Shown here piece by piece: positions 29,844-38,784 of a DNA stretch of 64,000 nt. This DNA is from a virus. Position 1 is the stretch's first letter; the number at the start of each line of letters is the position of its first letter. A program made the translations under genes and the position numbers. The stretch lies in the IMG/VR virus record IMGVR_UViG_3300025121_000776, positions 32,001-96,000 of that record, one strand, 5' to 3'. Below the pieces are notes generated by a model that ran no database searches, was not told the DNA's origin, and saw only the letters and a program-made list of their open reading frames with translations.

Positions 29844-30842
29844 ATGGAAGACCAAAAGTTTATTATATTATCAATACTTAAGAATTTTCTAGGAGAGCCA
29901 AAATCATCAAGAGACTTGGAGTCAAGAAAACAATGGGAGTTTAATTGCCCAAATCACTACTGTAGAAATGATAATAATAAATATAATTTAGCTTTTAACA
30001 CAGATGACAATATTTATAAATGCTGGAAATGCAAAGACAGCGGTATTATTCATAAATTAGTGTATAAATATGGGTCAGAAGCGGATAATAAAAAACTTAA
30101 GCTTATAATGCCAACATATACAGGTAGCTTTATAAATATTTTTAGAAAACCGTCAATAAATCACAATTTAATATCTTGTCCTCTTCCCGAAGGGTATACT
30201 CCTTTAACAAATACAATAAGCTCTTTAATGCATAAATTAGCGCTTGACTACGCAATTAATACAAGAAAACTTTCAGTACAGCAAATTGTAGAGCATAAAA
30301 TCGGGTATACAGAAATAGGGAACTATAGGAACAGAATAATAATTCCATCTTTTAATGAATATGGAAACATTAATTATTTCGAAGCCAGAGCGTTTCTAAA
30401 AGGCGCCAAACTTCCATATTATAAACCAGATAAAAAAGCATTTCTAGATAAAAACATTCCAGAAAAATATGATATAATATTTAACGAAAAAAATATAAAC
30501 TGGGATTTGCCAGTGTATTTGGTAGAGGGAGTGTTTGATATGTTCAGAATTCCGAATTCAATTCCTATGTTAGGAAAAACTCCATCATGGTTATTGCTTT
30601 CAAAACTTATTGAACATAATGCTACAATTATAATCTGCCTTGATGAAGATGCTTTTAGGGATAGTTTAGAAATTTATGAGAAACTTTCTTCTTTAGATTT
30701 GGATGTTTATTTTGTAGATTTAAAGGGGTTTTCTGATATTTCTTTCTGTTATGAAAACTTCGGGCAAAAAGCAGTTATAAATCTTTTAAAAACCAGAACA
30801 AAAATAGACTTTATGTATAAAATATCAAAAATATTAAATTAA
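29844..30842 (+). CDS. dnaG: DnaG-type DNA primase
   Basis: N-terminal Zn finger (FNCP...YKCWKC), RIIIPSF...NYF.AR, TOPRIM LVEGVFD and CLDEDA; likely start ATG 29844. Confidence 0.85.
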   Translation: MEDQKFIILSILKNFLGEPKSSRDLESRKQWEFNCPNHYCRNDNNKYNLAFNTDDNIYKCWKCKDSGIIHKLVYKYGSEADNKKLKLIMPTYTGSFINIFRKPSINHNLISCPLPEGYTPLTNTISSLMHKLALDYAINTRKLSVQQIVEHKIGYTEIGNYRNRIIIPSFNEYGNINYFEARAFLKGAKLPYYKPDKKAFLDKNIPEKYDIIFNEKNINWDLPVYLVEGVFDMFRIPNSIPMLGKTPSWLLLSKLIEHNATIIICLDEDAFRDSLEIYEKLSSLDLDVYFVDLKGFSDISFCYENFGQKAVINLLKTRTKIDFMYKISKILN

Positions 30843-31723
30843 GCTTTTGTTTTTATAAACAATTTGCTTCTGGAATTTAGTTCGGCAAGCCTAAAATGCT
30901 CTTTGATTTCTAAAAACTTTTTATATTTTCTTTGCAATCCAATGTTATCCAATTCTATTGTTTTATAAATATACTCACCAAAGCTTAGTAATGATTTTTT
31001 GTTCGTAAATCTTAAACAAGATGATTTGTTGCCGTTTTTATTTATTGTCTTTTTTATTGTATAATTACAACCCTTCATCCCCATCAAATTTTCAAAATCT
31101 ACCCAACTCTGCTCATAAGAACCAGATATGGCATATTGCTTACAAAATCCATTTGGATTTGTATAAAAGCAACCATCTCCATCTGAAAATCCAAGAAAAA
31201 AATAACTTTTTAATTCATCTGGAACTTTACTTAAAATTTTTGTTGGAGAAACCAATGACTTTTTATCATAATCATTTTCTAATAAAAAATCATATATAAA
31301 TGGGTTTGTAGTTGATATTATTGTTGTTTCTTTCCATGATTCTTTTCGTTTACATTTATAATATTTCCATGTTCCAATAGAATTAAACAAATCTTTTATT
31401 TACTCCATATCTTCGCTTACTATTTTTAAAACTGTAATACAAGAATTGTATCTTTTATCATGACCAATGTGCCCATCTGCCCACAAAAATCCCAATATGT
31501 AAGCAACTTCTGGACATTCTACTTTTATAATTTTATTATGATTTATATTAAATTTATCATTTTTTATATAAGATAAATTTAATTTTTGTACCATCCACTT
31601 AATATTACACTTAGTTCTTTTTAAAAAATCCATGCAATATTTAGTTTTCTTTTCCTTATAATTCTCTTTTAAAAAATTTATATCACTTTCTGTCCATTTC
31701 TCAGATTTAATGTGCTCTTTCAT
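30839..31723 (-). pseudogene. free-standing double-motif LAGLIDADG homing endonuclease with one in-frame TAA
   Basis: Motifs YILGFLWADGHI and FFLGFSDGDGCF; ORF-track pieces 31400..31723 and 30839..31390 are in the same frame, separated by a single TAA (SEDME*IKDLFNS). Confidence 0.8.
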
Positions 31724-31731
31724 AATTATCC

Positions 31732-31911
31732 TTATTGATTATTTAGCATTTGTTCCATAGATTCTCTTACAAATTCAGATATTTTAATAATTTTTCCTCG
31801 TTGAACGCTTTGTTCAATTGTTTTTTTAACACATCTTTGATATAAATCATCGCTTAATCTAAATGTTAATGTTCTAAATTCTATCAATTTGCCTTCATTT
31901 TTGTTTTTCAT
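31732..31911 (-). CDS. 59-aa ribbon-helix-helix DNA-binding protein (missed by the ORF track)
   Basis: MKNKNEGKLIEFRTLTFRLSDDLYQRCVKKTIEQSVQRGKIIKISEFVRESMEQMLNNQ: beta-strand TLTFRL, helix, ISEFVRES helix; late motif at 31941-31949. Confidence 0.7.
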   Translation of the reverse strand: MKNKNEGKLIEFRTLTFRLSDDLYQRCVKKTIEQSVQRGKIIKISEFVRESMEQMLNNQ

Positions 31912-32042
31912 AAAAATTGTTTTTAAATTATTTTGTCTTATATAAATATATTAAAAAAATTATAGAATATAAATATTTAAAGCAATTCTTTTAAAAATAA
32001 AATAAATGTTATATATTTGCAGAAATACTAAATTAAAACCAT

Positions 32043-35000
32043 ATGAAGATAGCCCAGGTTTCTGATATACATGTTCGTTTTGCGTCTAGACATCAGGAAT
32101 ACCGAGAAGTTTTTGAAAGATTATATAATGACTTAAGAAAACAGAAACCAGACAGAATAGTTATTACAGGAGATTTGAATCACTTAAAAGTAAATATGTC
32201 TCCAGGGTCTATTGGATTATTAACTGAGTTTTTGGTTAACTTGGTAAAAATTGCCCCCGTAGATATAATAATTGGGAATCATGACTTAAATTTACAACAG
32301 AAAGAGCAGGGAGATACAATAACTCCAATATTTGACGTTGCCAATAAGTTCTCAGAATTATTTACAGAATCTGTAAAGAAAAACTCTAAAAAATCTTTTG
32401 TAATTACAAGTGAAAATGCCAACTCTGTGGATTTTTCCAAAAAGGCAATTTATCTTTTTCCAGATAGCGATTTTTATAAAATATCAGACACATTGGTTTA
32501 TGGAGTATATTCTTGTAAAGACAATAAAATATTAACCCTTACCAAAAAAGAACCTGGAATAAAATATATTGCTTTATATCATGGGCAATTACAAGGCGCA
32601 AGGGGAGATAATGGTTATACATTAGCTGGAGATAATCTATATAACATAAACACCTTCAATAATTTTGATATAGTTATGTTGGGAGATATCCACGAACATC
32701 AAGCGTTTAGAGATGATGAGAGTGTGGCTTATGCAGGGTCTCTCATTCAGCAGGATTATGGAGAATCAATAGATAAGGGTTATTTAATGTGGGATTTAGA
32801 AACGAACTCTTTTCAAAAAAAACATGTTCTTAATGATTATGGATTTGCTAAAATAACAATTGCAAGAGGAGAGCTTATAGAGGAAAGGGTTGAAAATATT
32901 AAATTTTCAAATGACAAAAAAAAGACAAAAGTTTATATTGTTTGGACAGATTATGAGCAAAACTATTCTATTGAAAAAGAAACTCAAATAGCTAAACTGG
33001 TCAAAGAAAAACACGGATGTGATGTTGTAAGAGTAGAATTTTCAGAAATTAAAAAAACTAAACTTGATAACGAAGATGTCGCCGACTCATTAAATCAAGA
33101 AACATTTGCTCAACAAATTGTAAATTATCTTAAAGAAACAAATCCAGAAGAAGATGATGTAATTATTCAAGAGGTTTTAAAGCTTGCTGAATTTATTGAT
33201 AGAGAGCTAGAAATAGTAGACAAAACTCAAGATATCAAACTTTGGGATGTTGATAGTATAGAAATTTCAAATATTTTTTCATTTCCAGAAAACCCAATCA
33301 TAATTAATCTTGGGCAATTAAGAGGGGTCACTGGTATTTTTGGAAAAAACTATACTGGTAAATCCAACATTGTGAAAGCCATCGTCTGGGGGTTATATCA
33401 ACATATTCTTGGAGGCAACTCAACAAGCTCAAAAAAACTTGTAAACATTTATACTTCATCAAACAAAGGATATGTAAAAATACATCTAACAATAGATGGA
33501 GAAAAATATTATATCAAAAGAGAGGTTATTACTAAAGTTGATAAATACGGAGAATCTTCTAATTCTTATCCCATAGAATTTAGAAAATTGATTATTGATG
33601 ATGATGGAAAAGAAAAATGGGTTCCCGAAATTTCTGATAAAAAGGCTAACACAAAAATAGAAGTTAAAACTATTGTTTTGGAAGCTATTAGTACCGTAGA
33701 AAATTTCACAAAAATTTGTTTACAGACACAAGGTGGCAAAGAAGATTATGTTAACCAAGACCAGCAACCTAAAAACGATTTAGTCAACAGCTTTATCGGT
33801 TTAGAGCAATTTAGAAATAGATATGATTATGGAAATAAGGAATTTAATGAAGTAAAGAAAAAACAAAAGGAGTTAGGGGATATAGTAACACTCCAGGCAA
33901 CTGTTTTAGAAATAGAAGAAAGAACTGGAAAGCTACAAACTGAATACAACGCTTTAGTTTTTGAAAAAGCTAATTCTGAAAAACTTAAAGATGAAAAAGA
34001 TAACAAAATTTTAGAATTATCAAAAAAATTAAAAAACTATGCTCCACTAATAGGAAATGAAATTGATAATGAGACAGATATATTACAAAGTATAAAATTA
34101 CTTGAAGTTCAGATAAAAGAAAACGAAGTATTATACCAAGAGTTACTTAACTGGATTTCGATAAACTTTAAAAAAGAACTTTCATTTGATGAAAATGACA
34201 CCGTTGAAAAACTTGATGGAGACTTTGCAAGAGAAGATTTTGAGTATAAAAAAGAAACCAAACAATATTATGAATTACGTGATTGGCTAAAACTCAACCC
34301 ATTAAGACAACTATCTAATATTGACGGATATGAATTAATTATTCAAAATTTAAATATTCAAATTGCTGCATTAAATGCAAAATTACTAACATATAATGGA
34401 GAGCAATGTCCTACATGTGGGCATATTACATTACAGCCAGATGTTCAAATGTATAATGAATGTTTAGATAACATAAATATACAGACTGGAATTCTAAATG
34501 GCCACATTACTACTGTTGGAAAATATCGTGAAGATTTAGCTCACAACAATAGTTTTGAGATAAAAAACTCAAATTTTCAAAGATTATATGCAACATTAAC
34601 AGCTCGAAAAGAAAAAAAAGAAGCTATACTGAAAAAAAGAGAAATAGTTATACAATCACAAGGAATTTTAGTACATAATCAAACTGTTGAAGAAAAAAAT
34701 AAGTTGGCACAAAACACAAAAAACACAATTGACATTAAAAACAAATTGATAGAAAATCTTAAAACAAATCTAGAAAAAGTAAAAGAGATAGAAAATTGTA
34801 AAAAGCATAATTTATCTACAGAACAGCAAATTGAAAAACTACAAGAAGAAAGTAAAGCATATAAATTTTCCATTTATGGTCTTTCACAGCAAATAACAAA
34901 TAAAAATGGAGATATCAGAGTAGAAAAAAACAACTTAGAAAATTTCCAAAGCAAACTCGAAGAAGTAAAAACTGCTGAAAAAACATATAAAAAATATTCT

Positions 35001-35519
35001 TTATATTTACAATCCGTTCACAGAGATGGAATTCCAGCTAAAATTATTAGAAGAAAGCTTCCCATTATAAACAATAAAATTAACAGTATTTTAAGTACAA
35101 TTGTTAACTTTAAAATAGAAATGAGCGTAACCCCCAAAGGAGATGTTGTAGAGGGGTTCTACTATAGCAGTGATAAATCTGATATGCTACCATTATGTTC
35201 TGCTTCTGGAGCTCAGAAATTCATCTCTAGTGTGGTTATAAAAGACGCATTACACTACATGAGTAATTTAATCAAACCATCTTTAAATATCATTGACGAA
35301 GGTTTCGGAACTCTTGATGATGATTTAATTTCTGGAATCGTTACAGTTATTCAATATTTGAAAAATAAATACAAAAACGTTCTTGTAATCACCCACAGAA
35401 ATGAAATAAAAGATAGTGTGAATAATATAATAGAAGTGTATAAAACAACTGAAAATATTCCACAGGAAGTTTTAGATGTAAATGAACATGCAGGTATAAC
35501 GCAAATAAACATTTCTTAG
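32043..35519 (+). CDS. fused Mre11/SbcD nuclease - Rad50/SbcC ATPase (gp47-gp46-like)
   Basis: Phosphoesterase motifs DIH, GDLNH, GNHD, HGQ, GDIH; Walker A GKNYTGKS; long coiled coil with CPTCG Zn hook; signature ASGAQK; Walker B/D-loop IIDEGFGTLD; H-loop ITH. Confidence 0.9.
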   Translation: MKIAQVSDIHVRFASRHQEYREVFERLYNDLRKQKPDRIVITGDLNHLKVNMSPGSIGLLTEFLVNLVKIAPVDIIIGNHDLNLQQKEQGDTITPIFDVANKFSELFTESVKKNSKKSFVITSENANSVDFSKKAIYLFPDSDFYKISDTLVYGVYSCKDNKILTLTKKEPGIKYIALYHGQLQGARGDNGYTLAGDNLYNINTFNNFDIVMLGDIHEHQAFRDDESVAYAGSLIQQDYGESIDKGYLMWDLETNSFQKKHVLNDYGFAKITIARGELIEERVENIKFSNDKKKTKVYIVWTDYEQNYSIEKETQIAKLVKEKHGCDVVRVEFSEIKKTKLDNEDVADSLNQETFAQQIVNYLKETNPEEDDVIIQEVLKLAEFIDRELEIVDKTQDIKLWDVDSIEISNIFSFPENPIIINLGQLRGVTGIFGKNYTGKSNIVKAIVWGLYQHILGGNSTSSKKLVNIYTSSNKGYVKIHLTIDGEKYYIKREVITKVDKYGESSNSYPIEFRKLIIDDDGKEKWVPEISDKKANTKIEVKTIVLEAISTVENFTKICLQTQGGKEDYVNQDQQPKNDLVNSFIGLEQFRNRYDYGNKEFNEVKKKQKELGDIVTLQATVLEIEERTGKLQTEYNALVFEKANSEKLKDEKDNKILELSKKLKNYAPLIGNEIDNETDILQSIKLLEVQIKENEVLYQELLNWISINFKKELSFDENDTVEKLDGDFAREDFEYKKETKQYYELRDWLKLNPLRQLSNIDGYELIIQNLNIQIAALNAKLLTYNGEQCPTCGHITLQPDVQMYNECLDNINIQTGILNGHITTVGKYREDLAHNNSFEIKNSNFQRLYATLTARKEKKEAILKKREIVIQSQGILVHNQTVEEKNKLAQNTKNTIDIKNKLIENLKTNLEKVKEIENCKKHNLSTEQQIEKLQEESKAYKFSIYGLSQQITNKNGDIRVEKNNLENFQSKLEEVKTAEKTYKKYSLYLQSVHRDGIPAKIIRRKLPIINNKINSILSTIVNFKIEMSVTPKGDVVEGFYYSSDKSDMLPLCSASGAQKFISSVVIKDALHYMSNLIKPSLNIIDEGFGTLDDDLISGIVTVIQYLKNKYKNVLVITHRNEIKDSVNNIIEVYKTTENIPQEVLDVNEHAGITQINIS

Positions 35520-35531
35520 TTATTTATAATT

Positions 35532-35912
35532 ATGGACAGCAAAGAAAGACAAAAATTAGATGAAGCTACTTCTCTTGAATATCAAAAAAGAAGACAAAAA
35601 ACTAAGTTAGAAAAAAGTAAAGCGGTTGCAGCTCATCAAAAAATCTTATTACAACCCAATATTAAGAAAAATTTAATTACTTGGATAGATAAATTTAAAA
35701 ACGGAACCGTTTATGAAGGTACATTTGGAAAAGAAAAATGCTTTGAAATCAAAAGAGGTATTTTGACTTTTTCTTTAAAAACTATTCATAAAGAATTAAA
35801 AGTTAATATAAAAAGCAATTCCTCTACTGAGCTTATTAAATTACAAGAAAAGGCAAATAAGGTGCTTTGGAATAATCCAGAATTTTTATTAAAATTTAAA
35901 CCCGTCTCTTAA
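35532..35912 (+). CDS. hypothetical protein
   Basis: 126-aa ORF preceded by TTATTTATA at 35520-35528. Confidence 0.55.
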   Translation: MDSKERQKLDEATSLEYQKRRQKTKLEKSKAVAAHQKILLQPNIKKNLITWIDKFKNGTVYEGTFGKEKCFEIKRGILTFSLKTIHKELKVNIKSNSSTELIKLQEKANKVLWNNPEFLLKFKPVS

Positions 35913-37025
35913 AAATTTGTTCCAAGGTTTTTTCAAATACAAGGCGTGTCTTTCTCTTTCAGTTATTGGTTGCTCCACATTTGCTTCTGGCGTTTGAGTT
36001 TCTGGTGCTTTGGTTTCTGGAGTTTGGGTTTCTGCATTTTCTGGTGCTTCAGATGGAACTTGTCCTGTTGGTTTTATTCCAGTTAAATCTATTGGTTCGC
36101 CTTGCTTTTCCCCTCTACCTTCTCTTGTGTCTCTTTCAATTTCTGCAGTATTTATATCATATTGTGAAAAAATATTCGCAAATCTTTTATCACCCTTTTT
36201 ATATCCAGGAGGATACTCATAAAAGAACTTATCTGATAACCACATGCTTTTAAAACTTTTTGGGTCTAAATCGAATAATCTCCAAACACTTTGTGGTTCT
36301 GCACTTCGTTTCCCAGTCTGTTGAGCAGCTCTTTCAGATTGTCCTGCTAAATGAAAAGCGCTTAGTTTTAACGGAACTCCACTTTTTGTTTTGTAATTTC
36401 CCACAGTTACTGGTAAAATAACCCTAAATTTAGTTACTGGCATATCTGTACTTTTATAAGAAATTCCAATCGCTCTCCCTTCTCTGATAGCCTGTTTAAT
36501 CAACCCCAAATCAAATCCTTGTGTTCTCTGCCAGCTTTTGTCATATGCTTTAGTTAGGTCATTTCGGTTGAATTCAATTGTTTCGTTGATAGCGGGAGTG
36601 TTTAAGACCATTAAAACCCCATCATCGCCATCATCAGATTCTGGAATTATAATTCCTTCACTTTCAGTAAAAGCAAAAGGCTCAATATTTGCATCCATTC
36701 CTAAATCTTGTCTTAATATATTTTCCACTTCTTTATCAGATTTAGCATTCATTAATTCATCATAACTATTTGCAAAAGTCATATATGATTGAGCTTTCAC
36801 TTTATTTGGAGTAACCCAAATTACTTCAGAGTCATCTTTAATTTTATATTTTTTCTTCCACTTATTAACGTCTCTTAAATTATAATTTTCTCTTTCTTCT
36901 ACTTCTGTTTCAATAAATTGATAAAATGGTATAGAATTTCCATGAGAATTGTAATATACTTTCTTGGGTATAATTCCAGCTAATTCCAATATTCTATTTT
37001 TGTATGACTCTGATAAAAATCCCAT
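35889..37025 (-). CDS. multidomain protein with WYL-like C-terminal domain
   Basis: IKQAIREGRAIGISYK...FRVILPVTVG...AF...WRLFDLD matches the WYL/Sm-like barrel pattern; N-terminal LSE...RILELAG. Confidence 0.5.
   Translation of the reverse strand: MGFLSESYKNRILELAGIIPKKVYYNSHGNSIPFYQFIETEVEERENYNLRDVNKWKKKYKIKDDSEVIWVTPNKVKAQSYMTFANSYDELMNAKSDKEVENILRQDLGMDANIEPFAFTESEGIIIPESDDGDDGVLMVLNTPAINETIEFNRNDLTKAYDKSWQRTQGFDLGLIKQAIREGRAIGISYKSTDMPVTKFRVILPVTVGNYKTKSGVPLKLSAFHLAGQSERAAQQTGKRSAEPQSVWRLFDLDPKSFKSMWLSDKFFYEYPPGYKKGDKRFANIFSQYDINTAEIERDTREGRGEKQGEPIDLTGIKPTGQVPSEAPENAETQTPETKAPETQTPEANVEQPITERERHALYLKKPWNKFLRDGFKF
35981..36050 (-). repeat. degenerate 15-nt tandem repeats encoding PE(T/N)x pentapeptides
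   Basis: APENAETQTPETKAPETQTPEA in the translated product. Confidence 0.6.
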
Positions 37026-37091
37026 ATCTAATAAATATAGAAATAAACTTAATTTTCAAATTTTTTTTTCGTATATTTGCAAAAAGGCGAT

Positions 37092-38032
37092 TTATGGTTA
37101 TAAATGACAAATTAAACAAAAATGAACAACACACAACGTTAGTAAATGAAAATAACGTTCATATTAGTTTTAGTGAATTTTCTCTCTATAATGAATGTGG
37201 GCAAAAACATTTAGTTTTTAAATATTTGACATTAGACGTACAAGAGCAATCTATACATTTATTTTTTGGAAACGCAATACATGAAGCTATAGAAATGGGG
37301 GTAAAACATAAATTAACCCCAGATGAAAGAGCTAAGCATTTTGCCGACAAATTCAAGAAGGATATGATGGATAATATGCTTCATGATAAGCAATTTAAAG
37401 ATGTTGATGATTTCATAGACCAAGGGAAAAATATTTTAAAAATTCTTGACACAGAAGTTCTTTTAAAAGGATATCAAATACACAGCGTAGAAGAACCTTT
37501 GTACGAGCAAATATATAAGAAATTTTACTTTAAAGGATTTATAGACTTGGTTGCATATAATCCGATAACTGGAATGTTTTTAATTATAGATTGGAAAACT
37601 TCGGGAGAAGAATGGAATGTTGATAAAAAGAAAAAAGATGAAATTTTCTTGTGTCAAATGAGATTTTATAAATATTTCTGGGGAAGAAAAAATAAAATTC
37701 CTTTAGATAAAATTGATTGTAAGTATGTAGTTTTAAATAGACTTAAAGATAAAAAAAATACATCTAAAGGGTTTGGACAAATACAATCAGTTGATATTAA
37801 TTCTAATGAAAATGAAATTTTAGAATCATTAACTAAACTTGGAGCAACATTATGTAACATTCATGTTTTAAAAGTTTTCCCCAAAGTTAAATTTACTGGC
37901 AACGAAAAATATCATTGTATGTTTTGTAAATACAAAGGAGGAATTCATCCCCTATGTAATTCCAAGTACAATCAATATGTAGAATTATTAAAGGAAAATG
38001 AGCAAAAAAGTTTATTGAAAATACTTAAATAA
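37092..38032 (+). CDS. PD-(D/E)XK exonuclease, Cas4/RecB-like, with Fe-S cluster cysteines
   Basis: SFSEFSLYNECG, FGNAIH, KGFIDLV...IIDWKT, QMRFY, C-terminal CMFC...C; probable start ATG 37092 after TATATTTG promoter. Confidence 0.85.
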
Positions 38033-38042
38033 AAACAAAATT

Positions 38043-38447
38043 ATGGCATATTACAGCAAAGAAGATGTAAAGACATACATCAATGAAAGCAATCAAAAGA
38101 TTGAAAACAAAGGACATAAATCAGTAACTCCTATTGAAGAGCCGTTTTCTCAATTAGACAAAGAAGAAGATGTTGTAGGTTTTTTTTGGGTTGATATTAA
38201 TGAAGAAAGTGGAACTGGAGCAAAGATAAAAATGGAAGGTAAAACTTTTATTAGAATTGATTTTAATCTTTATACAGATGATAGATTCGCAGCCGACCTA
38301 TATCAATCACAAATAGAGTCAATAACCGTTTCTCAAGTCATAAAAAATCGAATGATAGACCAAGAAAGAGCAAAAAAATCTGTTCAAAACAATAAGGAAG
38401 ATTTGGAAAATAGTATTATAGAAAAAATGACAAAAAAAGAAGAATAA
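38043..38447 (+). CDS. hypothetical protein
   Basis: 134-aa ORF in the operon. Confidence 0.55.
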   Translation: MAYYSKEDVKTYINESNQKIENKGHKSVTPIEEPFSQLDKEEDVVGFFWVDINEESGTGAKIKMEGKTFIRIDFNLYTDDRFAADLYQSQIESITVSQVIKNRMIDQERAKKSVQNNKEDLENSIIEKMTKKEE

Positions 38448-38782
38448 TGGAATTGAGTGAACTTCGCAAATTTGTTGATTTTAACGAACTTGATTTGCTT
38501 TATGAATTGATAAAAATTTCTGAATCTAACAAAAAAGATGTAGAAAAAATTCTTAAAGGGAAAAAGGAGCCAGGGATACGTGTGAGAGAATCTCTGCAAA
38601 ATGTTAAATTGTTATGTGAAATAATAAGAGACAAAATACAGATAAGAAAAAAAGCATCCTGGGGCGATAAAAGAGTTTCTGCTTTAGACAAGGCAATAGC
38701 TGAAGCTCAAAAAAAAGCAATCAAAGAAATGCAAATGACAGAAAGAAAAAGACAAGAAAGGATTGCGAGATTAAGAAGGTAA
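38447..38782 (+). CDS. histone H1-like (Hc1-family-like) nucleoid protein
   Basis: DVEKILKGKKEPGIRVRESLQNVKLLCEIIRDKI resembles the Hc1 core D.EKF.KGNKAAG.R.RK.L.E.K; basic C-terminus. Confidence 0.5.
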   Translation: MELSELRKFVDFNELDLLYELIKISESNKKDVEKILKGKKEPGIRVRESLQNVKLLCEIIRDKIQIRKKASWGDKRVSALDKAIAEAQKKAIKEMQMTERKRQERIARLRR

Positions 38783-38784
38783 AC

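Noticed and set aside
37092-38032. Cas4 as part of a CRISPR-Cas locus
   Set aside because: No repeat-spacer array or other cas genes; solo Cas4-like exonucleases are common in phage replication modules
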